This document shows, piece by piece, positions 52,387 through 64,000 of a stretch of 64,000 nucleotides of DNA; the stretch's first letter is position 1; the number at the start of each line of letters is the position of its first letter. The notes beneath the pieces were generated by a model that did no database searches, was not told the origin of the DNA, and was given only the letters and a program-made list of their open reading frames with translations. The stretch spans positions 27,280,001-27,344,000 of the forward strand of contig OX597833.1 in assembly GCA_951406725.2 (NCBI GenBank), given 5' to 3'. Source of the DNA: Octopus vulgaris. Its lineage: Eukaryota. The position numbers and the translations under genes are program-made.

Positions 52387-52759
52387 ATTCCTCATCTCTT
52401 AAATATAGAACTGTATTACCCAATGGTTCCGTACAATCTTAAAACGGTAGGGTGTAATTTGAGGGATAATTGACTGCCCTATCAAGTAGAACGAATGACC
52501 ACGAAGAGGTCTCTTCATCAGTATAACTGTTTCTTTTGATGATGGTGGTGATAGTGGCCTTGGCAGCAGAGGTTGTTGGCACAACGGCAGTGATGTTATT
52601 GCGTCGCCAAAATTTGCAACTTCATTGTTCTGTTCGTAGCTCACTTTTGAAAATAATGTCTTGATAATCAAATACCCTCGATAAAATAACATCTAAGATT
52701 TCTTGTGACTTCGAGACGTCATTCGTGGCAAACCAAAACGACATTCAATTTAATCCATT

Positions 52760-52819
<60 letters not shown>

Positions 52820-53137
52820 AAATCACCTACAGTTCCTACGGAATAACAACTGCAAAATAGCAGCTTCCGATAGAAGATACAAAAGACAGTAATTCCCATT
52901 TTGGAAAATTATGATTAATTCCCAAAATTATTGCCAAAAGAATTTAAGAGTTTGATTCAAGAGTTCTGCTTTGCCGTATTCTAGTCAGAATTTTTAACAA
53001 TAGACATATTGTTATTCAGAATTGTATATGATATATAGATGCACAGTAATCTATTATATATCAGATTATAAAATATAATATATATATTTGTTGAAGAAAA
53101 AACTGTATTTTTGCACATATGTGTGCGTATATATAGG

Positions 53138-53180
<43 letters not shown>

Positions 53181-53360
53181 ATGTGTGTGTGTGTGTGTGT
53201 GTGTCTGTGTTTGTATATATATATATATATATATATATATGCATGTGTGATTGTGTGCATTTATGTGTGTATGCACAGGGAGAGGAGACATACATATATA
53301 TATATATTTACATATACACATACATATACACATACATAAATGTGTTTTTGTGTGTGTTTG

Positions 53361-53413
<53 letters not shown>

Positions 53414-53690
53414 TAGAGAGAGATAATATATGAAAACAGATATATCATAGATATAACAACGTGAATGTAGTGTGCTAACTTTAGCAATGAACTCAAAAGA
53501 GATAGAAAATTTCCTTATCACTAAAATAGCACATTAATGTATAAACAGCTAATAGTATGTAACGTAAATGTTAAATCACAATATTCAAGCACAGTATATA
53601 TTCATTCTTTTATTCTTTGATAAGTTTCAGCCACCAGGCTGCGGCCATGCTGGGGCTCTGCCAGTGTAGTCACCTTTTAATTGGCCAATT

Positions 53691-54330
53691 CTATGTGATT
53701 GGCTTTTGGTGAAGGAGAGAGTTCAATACCGCTGCCCACTTTTGAGTTTCCTGCTTTGATATTGGTTCATCTGGGGTCTTGGATAGCAAGAGGTCAACTT
53801 GTTTCTTAAAAACATTTACCCCGACCCCAAAGAAATCCCTCAGATGCTTTGGCAAGGCGTTATATAGCTGCGGGCGCTTGAATCCCAAGCTATCGCAATA
53901 CATGGTCCTCACCTTAGATGAGACAACTGAGACATTTAGAACAGTGCAGTGACGTACAATTCGAGGTCTGGTATAACTCTCAATTCCAAAGTTGAGTGTC
54001 AGCCCCTTTAGCACCTTCCACACATATATCACTGCATACCTTCCCCGTCTTCGCTCCACGGAGTAAAGTCGTAGCCCTTTCAGTCTCTTCCAGTAGCTCA
54101 ACTATTCCATTGATGCAATCTTCCTCGTGTAGCATCGCTGAACTGCCTCAAGTTCTACTATTAATTCTCACTGTAGTGTGACTACAGTTGAGAGCAATAA
54201 TCCAGACGGCTAAGGACAAATGTCCTCCATAGGATAAACATAGTTTCCTAGTCCCTTGTTCTGAAGGTTCTCAGAATCCAACCGGCGATTTGCCTCCACA
54301 CTGCCACCATTTTGATAACATGCATGTGAA
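53691..54330 (-). mobile_element. CR1-clade LINE 3' fragment
   Basis: SYWKRLKGLRLYSVERRR.RY.VIYVWK, LYNALP..LR, FKKQVDLLL...PDEP. Confidence 0.85.
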
Positions 54331-54449
54331 ACGAGGTATATGTTTGTCTTTGTGTGTTCTGTATCTACACACATATATACATGTATATATATGTATGCTT
54401 ATATACATACAGACTTACATACATACAGACAAATAGATAGCTAGCTAGC

Positions 54450-54531
<82 letters not shown>

Positions 54532-54678
54532 TAATCAGGCTCCAAAAAGCTGAAAGGATACCCTGAGCCAACTCAGCATATAACAGCTGTTTAGGAATTC
54601 TGTTGTCATCCATCCGCTACAAATGTCCAAGCCATTTCATTGTCCTTTTGTGCAGAACAGCTGTCATTTTCGGAGGTG

Positions 54679-54745
<67 letters not shown>

Positions 54746-55011
54746 TATGGGGCAGTCATAAATGTCTTAGGTTATTGTAATATTGTAATTTTAGTATATC
54801 ATTACTATACATCTAATTAAGTGACTTGCAAACTTTATTTATTCCACACTGAAAGAAGCGGTTGTAACACACTCTACTAAACACTGCTGCTTACTGTGAA
54901 TGACTACCATGGAGCCTTCACGAAGTGACTGCAGCGCTACAGATACATTGAAGTCAGAGTATCCTATTTTGAAGGTGATTAAAGTTTTTTTTTACTTCTA
55001 TCATATTAATA

Positions 55012-55177
55012 AAGAAGACGAAGAAGAAGAAGAAGAAGAAGAAGAAGAAGAAGAAGAAGAAGAAGAAGAAGAAGAAGAAGAAGAAGAAGAAGAAGAAGAA
55101 GAAGAAGAAGAAGAAGGAGGAGGAGGAGGAAGAGGGGGAGCAGGAGCAGGAGGAATAGGAAGTGGAGGAGGGGAAGG

Positions 55178-55208
<31 letters not shown>

Positions 55209-55585
55209 GAAGAAGAAGAAGAAGAAGTAGAAGAAGAAGAAGAAGAAGAAGAAGAAGAAGAAGAAGAAGGAGGACGAGGAGGAAGAGGGGGGAGCAGGAG
55301 CAGGAGGAATAGGAAGTGGAGGAGGGGAAGGAGAAGAAGAAGACGAAGAAGAAGAAGAAGAAGAAGAAGAAGAAGAAGAGGACGAGGAGGAAGAGGGGGA
55401 GCAGGAGCAGGAGGAATAGGAAGTGGAGGAGGGGAAGGAGAAGAAGAAGACGAAGAAGAAGAAGAAGAAGAAGAAGAAGAAGAAGAAGGAGAAGGAGAAG
55501 AAGGAGGAGAAGGAGAAGAAGAAGAAGAAGAAGAAGAAGAAGAAGAAAAGGAGGAGGAAGAGAAGGAGGAGAAGGAGGAGGAGGG
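55012..55585. repeat. Polypurine (GAA)n/(GGA)n tract with three copies of a ~55-bp unit
   Basis: GGAGGAAGAGGGGGAGCAGGAGCAGGAGGAATAGGAAGTGGAGGAGGGGAAGGAG at about 55125, 55278 and 55386. Confidence 0.95.
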
Positions 55586-56764
55586 ATGGGTGTATAAAAA
55601 AGAAGTACAGACGGGTGGAGAAGAAATGCAGATTTTTAGAAAGTAATATTTGATCTTAGTAATGGGAAGTTATTAGAAGTTTACACCAAAGAATTGTGGT
55701 TGTGATGTTAAAATGGAGATTTGAGGGACATTTTTAGATGTTAAATGTTAAAAACAATTTCATGCGTATGTATGAATGGATGTATGTAATTATGTGCGTA
55801 TATGTATGTGTGCGTAGGAGTGATTCACTATTTGACTGTTGGTTGGTGATACTTGCTTTTAAAAGAATATTTGGTATTATACCTGGATATACTCAAACTT
55901 ATCCGTGTGTGGGTGTTTACATATTTGTGTAAGTAAGTTTATGTATGTGTGTGCGTGTGTGTGTAGTTTTCGTGTGCAATTTTTTAAAAGGAAAGGTTGA
56001 CAGTGGCTTCGATGTTTCGGCTTAATACACACATACTTATACACACACGCACGCACATGCATATACACACATACATATACACACACGCGCGTGTGTATAT
56101 AAATATATATATTAATAATCCTGATGCGACACTATCACTATCTCTATTTCTCTCTTTCCTTCCTTCTTTCTTTTTCTTTCTTTTTTCTCTCCCATCCTTT
56201 CTCTAATCCTCCTTCACCGTTCTCTGTCCCTCTCTCTCTCTATCTCTCTCTCTCTCTCACTCCACCTCTTCCTCCTTGACTCCTTCGTTGCTCACACGTG
56301 ACCAGCGGTCATCTTTCCTCTCCTAGCTCGAATTTCTTTCTTCTCGTTACGCTACAAGTGATAGCACGCATTTTTGTCTGTCTCCTATCAATGCTTGTTT
56401 CTCCAGCGTTCACCACTTCACCTCGTTATGGCTTAATAGCCGTTGCCGTTAGTTTTAACTGTCCTGATTTTGTTACCAACTTTAACCCTTCGCAAATCCC
56501 AAATTTTATTTAATTTGCTTTGCGAGAGCGACTGTTTCGACCAAGACGCATCGTGTTCTAACGCTCGATATGCGGAGTAGATAAAACAGTAGACAACTGA
56601 TGAAGGGATTGTTCTTTATTTTGCCTGCTTCGTTTTCCTATTTGTTTCTTTCACTGTTCGCAAAAAATGTTCGTTTTCCATATTTTTGTATTTCATGTTC
56701 TGGTTTTTCATGTTGTTTACGTTTTTTTACGTCCTGTACCCAGATATGCATGTGTATATATGTA

Positions 56765-56819
<55 letters not shown>

Positions 56820-56821
56820 TA

Positions 56822-56878
<57 letters not shown>

Positions 56879-56986
56879 CCTGCTCGCTTAGCCAGCGGAG
56901 TGGCGTCGTTCAAAGGCTAAAACAATGCGAACGCATTGTGACCAGCGATGTGTAACAACATCTGATGGTCTGGTCGGTCACGTGAT

Positions 56987-57017
<31 letters not shown>

Positions 57018-57110
57018 GTTAATCCAAATAAGAAAGCACAAAAAAACAACAACGCGAGGACGTGGAACAAATATAGTATTATTGGACGCTCAGGAAAGAA
57101 AGAAAGGAGA

Positions 57111-57145
57111 GTTTAACTTTTCAAGCGGAGCTCTTCGTCGGAAAC
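57111..57145 (-). ncRNA. Degenerate minimal type I hammerhead within a TA-flanked repeat (57018-57221)
   Basis: Minus strand reads GUUU-CCGACGA-A-GAGC-UCC-GCUU-GAAA-AG-UU-AAAC. U4C and a stem III mismatch. Confidence 0.5.
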
Positions 57146-57217
57146 ATAGGAGAAGGAAAGATCCAGAGAAGGGAAGACAAAGAAAAAAATCGCCAACGGT
57201 ACACACGCGGTCACATT

Positions 57218-57374
<157 letters not shown>

Positions 57375-57569
57375 TATATATATACAAATTAGTAAATAAA
57401 TGGCACAACTAAGTACCGATATTTACTGGAAATAGCGAACGTAAAATACGACGCTAATGTGTAGCTTCACCGCGTATGTATTAGCAAAAATGCGTGTGTG
57501 CAACAAACTAGAGCAAAAAAACGTCTTACCTCTTTTTACTGGAAGGCGATACTTTGTATTGCATTACTG

Positions 57570-57627
<58 letters not shown>

Positions 57628-57629
<2 letters not shown>

Positions 57630-57985
57630 CGCAGGTGTAGTCGTGTGGTATGAAGCTTGCTTTCACATGGTTCTGGGTTCAGTCCCACTACGTGGTACCT
57701 TGGGCCAGTGTTTCCTACTATAGCCTCGGGGCGATCAAAGCTTTGTGAGTGGATTTGGTAGATAGAAACTGAAAGAATCACGTCGTATATATATGTATAT
57801 GTACTTGTGTGTCTGCGTTTGCCCCACCACCACCACCACCATCGCTTGACAACTGATGTTGGTGTGTTTACGTCCCCGTAATTTAGCGGTTCGGTAAAAG
57901 GCACCGATAGAATAAGTATTAGGCTTACAAAGAATAAGTCCTGGGTCCAATTACTGAAACAAGTAAAAGAAATAAAAAGTAAAAA
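57628..57985 (+). mobile_element. Family B SINE
   Basis: Head GGCGCAGGTGTAGTCGTGTGGTA, body and tail as in the other copies. Confidence 0.85.
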
Positions 57986-58202
57986 ATATACGTATGTGTG
58001 CATGTATGTATTCGTATATTTGTGTATATACATATGTGTATATATGTGTATATATGTGTATATATGTGTATATACATAGATATGTGTATACATACATACA
58101 TACATACATACATACATACATACATACATACATACATACATACATACATACATACATACATACATACTGCACATATACATACATACTTGCAAAAGTACTC
58201 AG

Positions 58203-58310
58203 TTGGTGTTGTTGAAATTCCAGTGAAGGAACCTTGGATATAGAGGTTAGAAACCGGATTCTTTATGAGTAAGAAATCTTTAAATAAGACTGAATGATGA
58301 CATACATACA

Positions 58311-58340
<30 letters not shown>
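58203..58340 (+). repeat. (CATA)n-tailed retroposon 3' end, identical to 61779-61934
   Basis: 98 identical bases TTGGTGTTGTTGAAATTCC...GAATGATGA followed by (CATA)n. Confidence 0.85.
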
Positions 58341-58341
<1 letters not shown>

Positions 58342-59082
58342 TTTAATGCTTCTGTTTATTTGTAAGCGAGTGCACATACATAAAAATAATTCTAACAATC
58401 TTTCTTTTCTGCTGCTTCTCAAAATCCCACATTTAAAATGACAAAAGACAGTTATTTAGTTTAAACTTTTAATACCGCCATCCATTGTACACACCTTCAT
58501 ACTTTCTAAAAGGAAGTTCTGTGACCCCCCCCCACCTTTCTTTTTTTCTATTTATACATCCTACTTCTCTCTCTCCCACTTTTCACTCTTTCTCTCTCTC
58601 CCTCTCTATCTATTTTTCTCTCTGTCCCTCCCTCTCTTTCTCTCTCCCTCTCTGACTATTTTGCTTTTATTATGTTTACTTTTTTATATTCTTGCTTTTT
58701 ACCAGTTTTCTCTCCTTTACTTTTTTTTCTTTCTCTTCCTCTCCAACGGCTACCATTTCTCCTCTTCCTCTTTGTCCCCCTTTTAGTCTTTCTTCTTAAT
58801 CTCTTCGTTTCTTCCCCCACTTCATTTTCCTTTCCTTCTGTTTTCTCTCGTTTCTTTTCTTTAATATTAATGAAGATATACTTTAAATTTCAAATTATTT
58901 GATTGCAAACACATCTACAGATATGCTCTCCAGCAATTTCATAAATAAGATTTCCTTGTATAAAAACTCGTTTTTTTCTCCAGAAAATTACCGGAAAGGT
59001 TATATTGCTTATGGCCTTCGCCTTGAAAAATTGTGCTTCCGTGCAACGTTTCAGGTGTAATACTAAGGCCTAGAACTTGGAA

Positions 59083-59124
59083 CATACATACATACATACA
59101 TACATACATACATACATGCATGCA

Positions 59125-59157
<33 letters not shown>

Positions 59158-59720
59158 GCATACATTCATACATATATTCATACATTCATACATACATGCA
59201 TGCATGCATACGTACGTACCTACGTACACACACACATACACATACATACAAATACGTACATACACACACACAAACATATGTATTCACGCATGCATACATA
59301 CATATAGGTATGCATATATGCATACATATATGCATACATTTATGCATGTATACATGCATACATACATGCATACATACATACTTACATACATACATACATA
59401 CATAAATATATGCATACATTCATACATACATGCATGCATACGTATGTATTACATACATGCATACACACACATACACACAAATACATACATACACACACAC
59501 GCAAGCATATGTATTAATGCATGCATACATATAGGCATGCATATATGCGTACATATATGCATACATTCATGCATTCATTCATACATACACATAGAAATAC
59601 ATACATGCACACTTATAAACATATGTATGCATGCATTCATACATACGTACATACGCACATGCATACATGTATACATACATGCATACATACATATATACAT
59701 GCATGCATACATATATACAA
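59083..59720. repeat. Complex (CATA)/(TGCA) microsatellite
   Basis: Direct reading. Confidence 0.9.
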
Positions 59721-60100
59721 AACCTTATATAATTGAGATATATTCTCTTCAAACTATCACTCACTCGTCCAGGCACTCCTTCCCTTTTTCTTACCTGCAC
59801 TATGTAACATAATATAAATATACCAGCCATCATCCATCACCGACCGACCACCACTCAATTATCTAACCATCCCTTCATTCCTTTTAATGATGTACTATAA
59901 AGCATAACAATGCCCTATACCCACATACTTCACAAACCGTCATTCACACACCCATATCATTCTAACTTTCTTTTTCACTTTTCAAAGATATCACTATCAA
60001 CCCATTGAATATCTCTCAAGCGTGTACATTATTTTACACACGAGCGTGCACACACACACACGCGAACAGAAACATATGTATGCACATATATGTATAAGTA

Positions 60101-60162
<62 letters not shown>

Positions 60163-60307
60163 ATATGTATACGTTATGAGAAAAGGAGCATAAACATATT
60201 TTTGTGATATCTTTGCTGCTTTTTTAATAAAGCATATTACTCTACCTCCGGTATTCGAGTACTATTTTTCCGCATTTTTTCGCATTTATATGCTTACTCT
60301 GGTACAA

Positions 60308-60352
<45 letters not shown>

Positions 60353-60449
60353 CTTGTGTGTGTGTGTGTGTGTCTTTAAATTGCAAGTGGCAAAAAATAC
60401 AGTAATTTATTAATACCAGTGATATATTTAAAGACTAGTTAAATATATG

Positions 60450-60752
60450 TGAAAACGCGTGACTTAGTGATTAGGGTATTCGGCTAACTGTACGTGAGTT
60501 CGATTCCTAGCGACACGGTGTGTACTTGACCAAGACACTTTATTTCACGTTGCTCCAGCCAATTCATCTGAGAAAAGTGAGTCGTACTTGTAATTAAAAG
60601 AGCCAACCTTATCACATTCTTTGTCATGCTGAAATCTCCCAGAGAACTACGTTAAGTGTACGCTAAGCCGCTTGCACGTTAATCTCATGAGCAGGCTGTT
60701 CCGTTGATCGGATCAACAGGAACCCACGTCGTCGTAAGCGACGAAATGCCAA
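60450..60752 (+). mobile_element. tRNA-derived SINE (family C-related, Nin/Deu-like body)
   Basis: GTGACTTAGTGATTAGGG A-box-like, GAGTTCGATTCC B-box, and the shared segment CTTGACCAAGACACTTTATTTCACGTTGCTCCAG. Confidence 0.7.
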
Positions 60753-60804
60753 TTAAATATATATTAATAGGTACGTATTACATAGGAACAGATATAATCT
60801 ATAT

Positions 60805-61054
60805 CATTGTCCTCAACCAGGGTCTATATGGCCCTTGGTCTCCATATAAGATTTTGCGGTTAAAATTTATTTTATATAAATTGGTTGTACTTTTACAATA
60901 CGCAATATTTTAACAAAAGTTTTTATACAATTCCTAATAATAATTTAATTATAAAAGTATATGAATTTTTAAGCGTCGAAAGGCTAAGAGGATCCATCTA
61001 AATAAAATTGGAATCAAAGGGGTCTAGAGGCAAAAAAATCACTGAGAAACATTG
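60805..61054. mobile_element. hAT (Charlie-like) MITE
   Basis: Degenerate TIRs CATTGTCCTCAACC / ACTGAGAAACATTG; 8-bp flanks ATCTATAT / ATCTATCC. Confidence 0.6.
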
Positions 61055-61519
61055 ATCTATCCTACATGTGTGTATGTGTACTCGTGCGTGCGTGTGTGCG
61101 TATATGAGTACGTGTGCCTGTGTTTGTGTATGTGTATGAAAGGTCACTTACAAGTGCTACAATTCAATACAATCTGTTGGCATGGTCTTGTCGATGGTGA
61201 CTAACTTGTACTATGTTTACCCGGGGAGGACCTTTACCAGAAATCCAGCAGCACCACAAACAATACTTGTCAAAAAGACGGTTGAATCCAGCATGGGCAA
61301 ACGACTATCTAGTAAATTGCATGATACTCTTATGTAAAATTTAATGGTTTAGCTTCTAATTGTCCCCTTGAATGCTGGGCCACCGAGAGGGAAGCTATTT
61401 ATCAGAAAAGTGAATGTGGTTTTCACTCTCTATAATCCCGCCGCCTAAGGTTACAGACTTGACGACCTGCAGATACGGAATTCTAAACGGTCGTATAGAT
61501 ACCTTGAGACGCTGGGGTA

Positions 61520-62170
61520 CAAGAATACGAAGCCCAACATACCCATCATGACTACCCTTCTGATAAGTGTAGACTAGCCACATGTATCAGAATATGTGCA
61601 TGACATGGTGATCTCATATCAAGATAAACACTGCATAACCTTGCAGCTGAGGCCCAGTTAGAATTTTCTTCAGGTCGTACCGTCCATCCGACTCAAATGG
61701 CCCCTGAATAAGATTTATTTAAGGATGATGAATGAAACATTCATGTTTCCAGATGCGAATTATTCAAACCTCAAAGAATTGGTGTTGTTGAAATTCCAGT
61801 GAAGGAACCTTGGATATAGAGGTTAGAAACCGGATTCTTTATGAGTAAGAAATCTTTAAATAAGACTGAATGATGACATACATACATACATACATACATA
61901 CATACATACATACATACATACATACATACATACATGGCTTTGATGCTCCCCTACTACATCTGCTCGTGATTAGAGATGCACATATTGTCAGCCACTAAGG
62001 ACATGTCCAACTAGTTAATGCCAAGCTACTGTCAGACAAATCTGTGGTATTGAGCAAAATGTTTGCTGTAGCCCATCTTTTATACGAAGACAAAATATAT
62101 ACAGGATAATATTTTCAATCGGTTAAGTTGAGAAACCATGCGAGTCAGTGCCTGGTACTGCATCAGGGCT
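61520..62170. mobile_element. Diverged copy of the (TAA)n-inserted repeat, interrupted at 61779-61934
   Basis: Collinear with 10580-11093 on both sides of the insertion. Confidence 0.85.
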
Positions 62171-62231
62171 ATCATTATTATTATTATTATTATTATTATC
62201 ATTATTATTATTATTGTTGTTATTGTTGTCG

Positions 62232-62263
<32 letters not shown>

Positions 62264-62356
62264 GCTGTTGTTGTTGTTATTGCTGTTGTTGTTGTTGTTG
62301 TTGTTGTTGCTGCTGTTGTTGTTGTCGTCGTTGTCGTCGTCATCATCATCATATGA

Positions 62357-62990
62357 AGGGAGTGAGGTGGCAGAATCTTTAGCACTCCGTGAAAAATGCT
62401 TAGCAGCATTTTGTCCGTCTGCACGTTCTAAGTTCAAATGCCACCGAGGTCGACTTTTCCTTTCATCCTTTCGCAGTCGATAAAATAAGTACCAGTTGAA
62501 CGCTGGGATCAATGTAATCGACTTAACCCTACCCCGCAATTGCTGGCCTTGTGCCAAAATTTTAAACCATTATTATTTTATTATTATTATTGTACAAGTA
62601 CCTGTGTGTTCAACACTATTTTTTTTTCAATTTTGGAAAAATTGAAGCATGCCTTTGGCAATTCCGAAGCGTATTGAACTTATTTTGTGCGTGTCTTTTG
62701 GCCTACTCTGTATGTGTACAAGCAAAACCAATGGAAATCACACCTTTTATAAATTTCCTTGCTTTCATTGAAATATATAAGCATATTTTCATTTTATTCA
62801 AATTTTGGGACAATGCCAGAAATTTTGGGGGAGGAGGTAAATCGATCACATTAACCTCAGTGCTCAACTGGTACTTATTTTATCGACACCGAAAGAATCA
62901 CAGGCAAAGTCGACTTCGGATGAGTTTGAACTCAGAACTTAAAAACAGACGATATAGTGCAAAGCATTTTGATCGACAAGCTAACGATTT
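62357..62990. mobile_element. Family A SINEs (+ 62357-62570; - 62795-62990)
   Basis: Diagnostic head and core. Confidence 0.8.
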
Positions 62991-63294
62991 TATCTACATA
63001 TTCTTGAATTACTGTTTCATTAATTGTGATAATCAGTTTAAAGTGATAATCAGATTAAACAGATTAAAGTGGTTGGAAAATTGGGTTTTAGATATCTTCT
63101 AGTGCTAGTAACAGAGTAATAAATTCTGGTCTAGCTGCAAGGTGATATATCAGTCCATTGTACCGTTCAACTAGCAGGTGAGATTTTTATCATAAACTAT
63201 ATGTACAATGACCTACGATACGTTTTTAGCCAAAGGAGTAAAACAATAATCATATTCAAAGTCTGAAGACTCAAAAAAATACCTAACCCAATAT

Positions 63295-63790
63295 CTGAAA
63301 ATTTGCTTCCTTTTGCAAGTTTCACAGCTTTTACACGGTCTTCCATCGTTTTGACTAAGTAAGTGACAATAGTTTGATCCATATCAATCCATGTTTTCAA
63401 GAGAGTGCATTTGAGGGCTGCCACGGACGTGACTTTGGCAGAATTAGCTTGAATTGGACAGTCAAAGTACTCCCAGGCAAGCTCGATGGGGTTCAAGTCG
63501 GGGCTTTGAGGTACCCACCTGAAGGTCTTGATGCCATGCGTTTCTTTCCAGGCATTTCAAACTTTGCTCGTATGACATGGTGCTCTATCTTCTTGAAAAA
63601 GAGAAGTGTACTTATTCATTTTACCGGTATCGTAAATCGGAAACCGTTCTTTTTCGAACATATCACAGTATTTCCGACCTTCCAACCGGTTTTCAACGAA
63701 ATTAACTCAGATTTCCTCCTGCTCAGACAGCCACCTCACCCCATCCCATCATGTTTCACGGTAGTTTGCAAACACTCAACCTTCCAAGTT
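63295..63790 (-). pseudogene. Tc1 (DD34E) transposase fragment
   Basis: Minus strand reads LFQED-RAPCHTSKV*NAWKETHGIKTFRWVPQSPDLNPI-ELAW: 34 positions between D and E, with one stop codon. Confidence 0.85.
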
Positions 63791-64000
63791 TCAGTTTTGT
63801 TCCTCCATGCATAGACTTGCCTTAAACTCTAATATTGGTAAAACTTACTTTCCAAATTAAGTACCAGTTAAACACTAGTCCCCTCCCACCAAATTTCAGA
63901 CATTGTGCCTTTAGTAGAAAGGATTATTATTATTATCATTGAAGGCGGCAGGACGGCAGACTCGTTAGCAAGTCGCACAAAATGCTTAGCGGCATTTCAT

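Noticed and set aside
52490-52530. Minus-strand CTGATGA-AGAGACC...GGTC
   Set aside because: The GAAA half of the core is absent.
54900-55646. 248-aa Glu/Gly-rich ORF with an ATG start
   Set aside because: It is almost entirely (GAA)n/(GGA)n and open in several frames. No domain or splice evidence.
56530-56612. CTGATGA at 56597 and an upstream hairpin ending AAAACAGTAGACA
   Set aside because: CTGATGA is not followed by stem II and GAAA. The upstream candidate has at least four core mismatches.

Overview
AT-rich, repeat-saturated eukaryotic DNA with no recognisable host protein-coding exon. The SINE families, microsatellite load and LINE content point to a cephalopod genome, most likely Octopus (inference). 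Most ORFs in the supplied track are microsatellite read-throughs. Real coding remnants are all transposon-derived: about 8 fragments of R4/Dong-type RLE non-LTR retrotransposons embedded in (TAA)n, RTE and CR1/L2-like relics, a decayed Penelope-like RT, DD37D, mariner and DD34E transposase fragments, and a TIR-bounded Chapaev3-like element. There are also more than 20 tRNA-derived SINE copies and several MITEs. The main hidden signal is non-coding: several sequence-unrelated type I hammerhead ribozyme (HHR) motifs. These include (i) a 352-bp, terminally redundant, heavily base-paired unit with an HHR at the tip of a rod (46626-46992), which looks like the genomic copy of a retrozyme-type circular RNA; (ii) a ~360-nt rod-folding element with a canonical-core HHR (24349-24709); (iii) a 2-kb palindrome with an HHR near each end (21660-23702); and (iv) further degenerate HHRs, one linked to a tRNA-like head. 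All structures were read by eye. No folding program or database search was run, ribozyme activity is untested, and boundaries of decayed elements are approximate.
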